From NCBI GenBank assembly GCA_951406725.2, contig OX597819.1, positions 78,244,001 to 78,308,000 on the forward strand: a stretch of DNA of 64,000 bases. Reading direction: 5' to 3'. The position numbers and the translations under genes were made by a program. Below, one piece after another: positions 62,587-64,000 of the stretch (positions are counted from its first letter, which is position 1; the number at the start of each line of letters is the position of its first letter). The notes beneath the pieces were generated by a model, which saw nothing but the letters and a program-made list of their open reading frames with translations, ran no database searches and was not told the origin of the DNA. This DNA comes from Octopus vulgaris (Eukaryota).

Positions 62587-64000
62587 CACAAACTCGCGCA
62601 TTCGATTTACCCGTAGCCCTTCTCATCCTCCAACGCACCACTGGTATTGATTTTTGTTCACTCTGAAAAGATTTAGGAGAGAGCAGAATGAATCCCGTGT
62701 GGATTTGAACTCAGAACATGTTTGTATGGTTTTAAGCTCGGTTACTTTCGACTCCATCAACTCTGCACCCCACACATTCCGGTGGCAACATTAATGTTAG
62801 TTTAATTCCATATCACGCACCGTGTGTGTGTGTGTGTGTATATATATGTGTGTGTATGTATATATGTGTGTATGCGTCTACGTTTGTGTAAGTGTGTACG
62901 TGCGTGAGTTAGTGAATGTCGATGGCTAACGAGAGAGAGAAAGAGAGAGAGAGAAGCAAAGGAGAGAGAGGGTGGGAAAGAAGAAACATATGGTATAGAT
63001 CAGAAACTCGAACTAGTTGCAATGGAACATGTTGTGGGCAGCAGGAGGAGAAAGATGAGGATGAAGATGACGGCTGTGATGGAGGGAGAAGGAATGCGTA
63101 TGTGCGTGCATGTGTGTTAAAGGCGAGAAAGGGTTAAATTTCTGTGATAACTCACTAACTAGTTCTGTCATAGCTCTTATTCCACCTCGACCTACACCCT
63201 TCCACCACAGAACAGCCAGTGGTATATAGCTTGCACGGTGGTGGTGGTGGTGGTGGGTTTGAAGGCCAGTGGTGAAGAAATAAGCCAAACCATTATGAGG
63301 CAGTAGCAGCAGTGTTAGTAATAGTAGTAGTAGTAGTAGTTTCGATAAGGAAATCGAAAGGGACGAACAACGAAGCCAGCGGTGTTGCAGTCCTGATAAT
63401 AAGGCTAAAGCATGTATATCTATATCTGTTCTCATTTATGTGTGAGCATGTGTGTAGTTATCATAAAAGAAAACGAAACAACCAGCCAGCCAGCCAGCCA
63501 GCCAACCAACCAACCAACCAAACCAACCACAAATGCGCGCGCGCGGGCAAATAAATGCTTCGGATTTGATTCAATAAGAACTTCTGGTTCGCTGAGTGGA
63601 TGGATCTATTTGCCCGGTTTTATGACTGGATTTATCTGTCGGTGTTATGTCGATCTATATATAGACCCCCTATCTATGTATAAATGTGGTCTTGTCTAAT
63701 GTATTGGTCTCTATTTCTTGAAAGCAGATTCTCAATAAAATTCGTGTCGAATCATTTGGATGATATTGTCCTATGTCCTTAAACAAACACTTCCTGCCTC
63801 ACTCTAGCAAGCTGTAAATGAGCGTTGTAACTATGTACAGTACACTGGCAAGAGCAGTTAGAGAACAACATAACTTGCAATGCTAAATTCAAATTTTACT
63901 TTGAATCGACATTGCTTCACTAGGCTTATTTGCCAACCCATCACCCCTGTACAACCCGCAGACTGTTCAATGGGTTACGCGGTTTACCTGAACTAACTGA

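Overview
AT-rich, repeat-saturated animal DNA, most likely from an octopus or other coleoid cephalopod. This is inferred from the tRNA-derived SINE families, the RTE-tailed repeats and the extreme (TA)n/(CA)n/(GAT)n content. I find no credible host protein-coding exon: the supplied ORFs are microsatellite read-throughs, SINE antisense frames or transposon relics. Supported features: dozens of SINE copies from about 4 families; a decayed Tc1 transposon; a mariner-derived fold-back element; hAT-like and piggyBac-like MITEs; two non-autonomous Helitrons; LINE remnants (RTE, CR1-like, R4/Dong-like); tandem repeats. The most interesting signals are: (1) minimal type I hammerhead ribozyme motifs of the Penelope-like kind, one with an intact core at 31248-31331 and decayed or variant ones near 46.8 and 43.9 kb; (2) a sharp change from CpG-depleted to CpG-retaining DNA near 48 kb; (3) short unique islands carrying PBX-HOX/MEIS and other transcription-factor motifs between simple repeats, suggesting an enhancer landscape; (4) several fold-back palindromes, including a near-perfect one with ~332-bp arms at 57969-58636; (5) a TIR element that has captured a copy of nearby sequence. 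All calls were made by eye with no database searches, and repeat boundaries are approximate.
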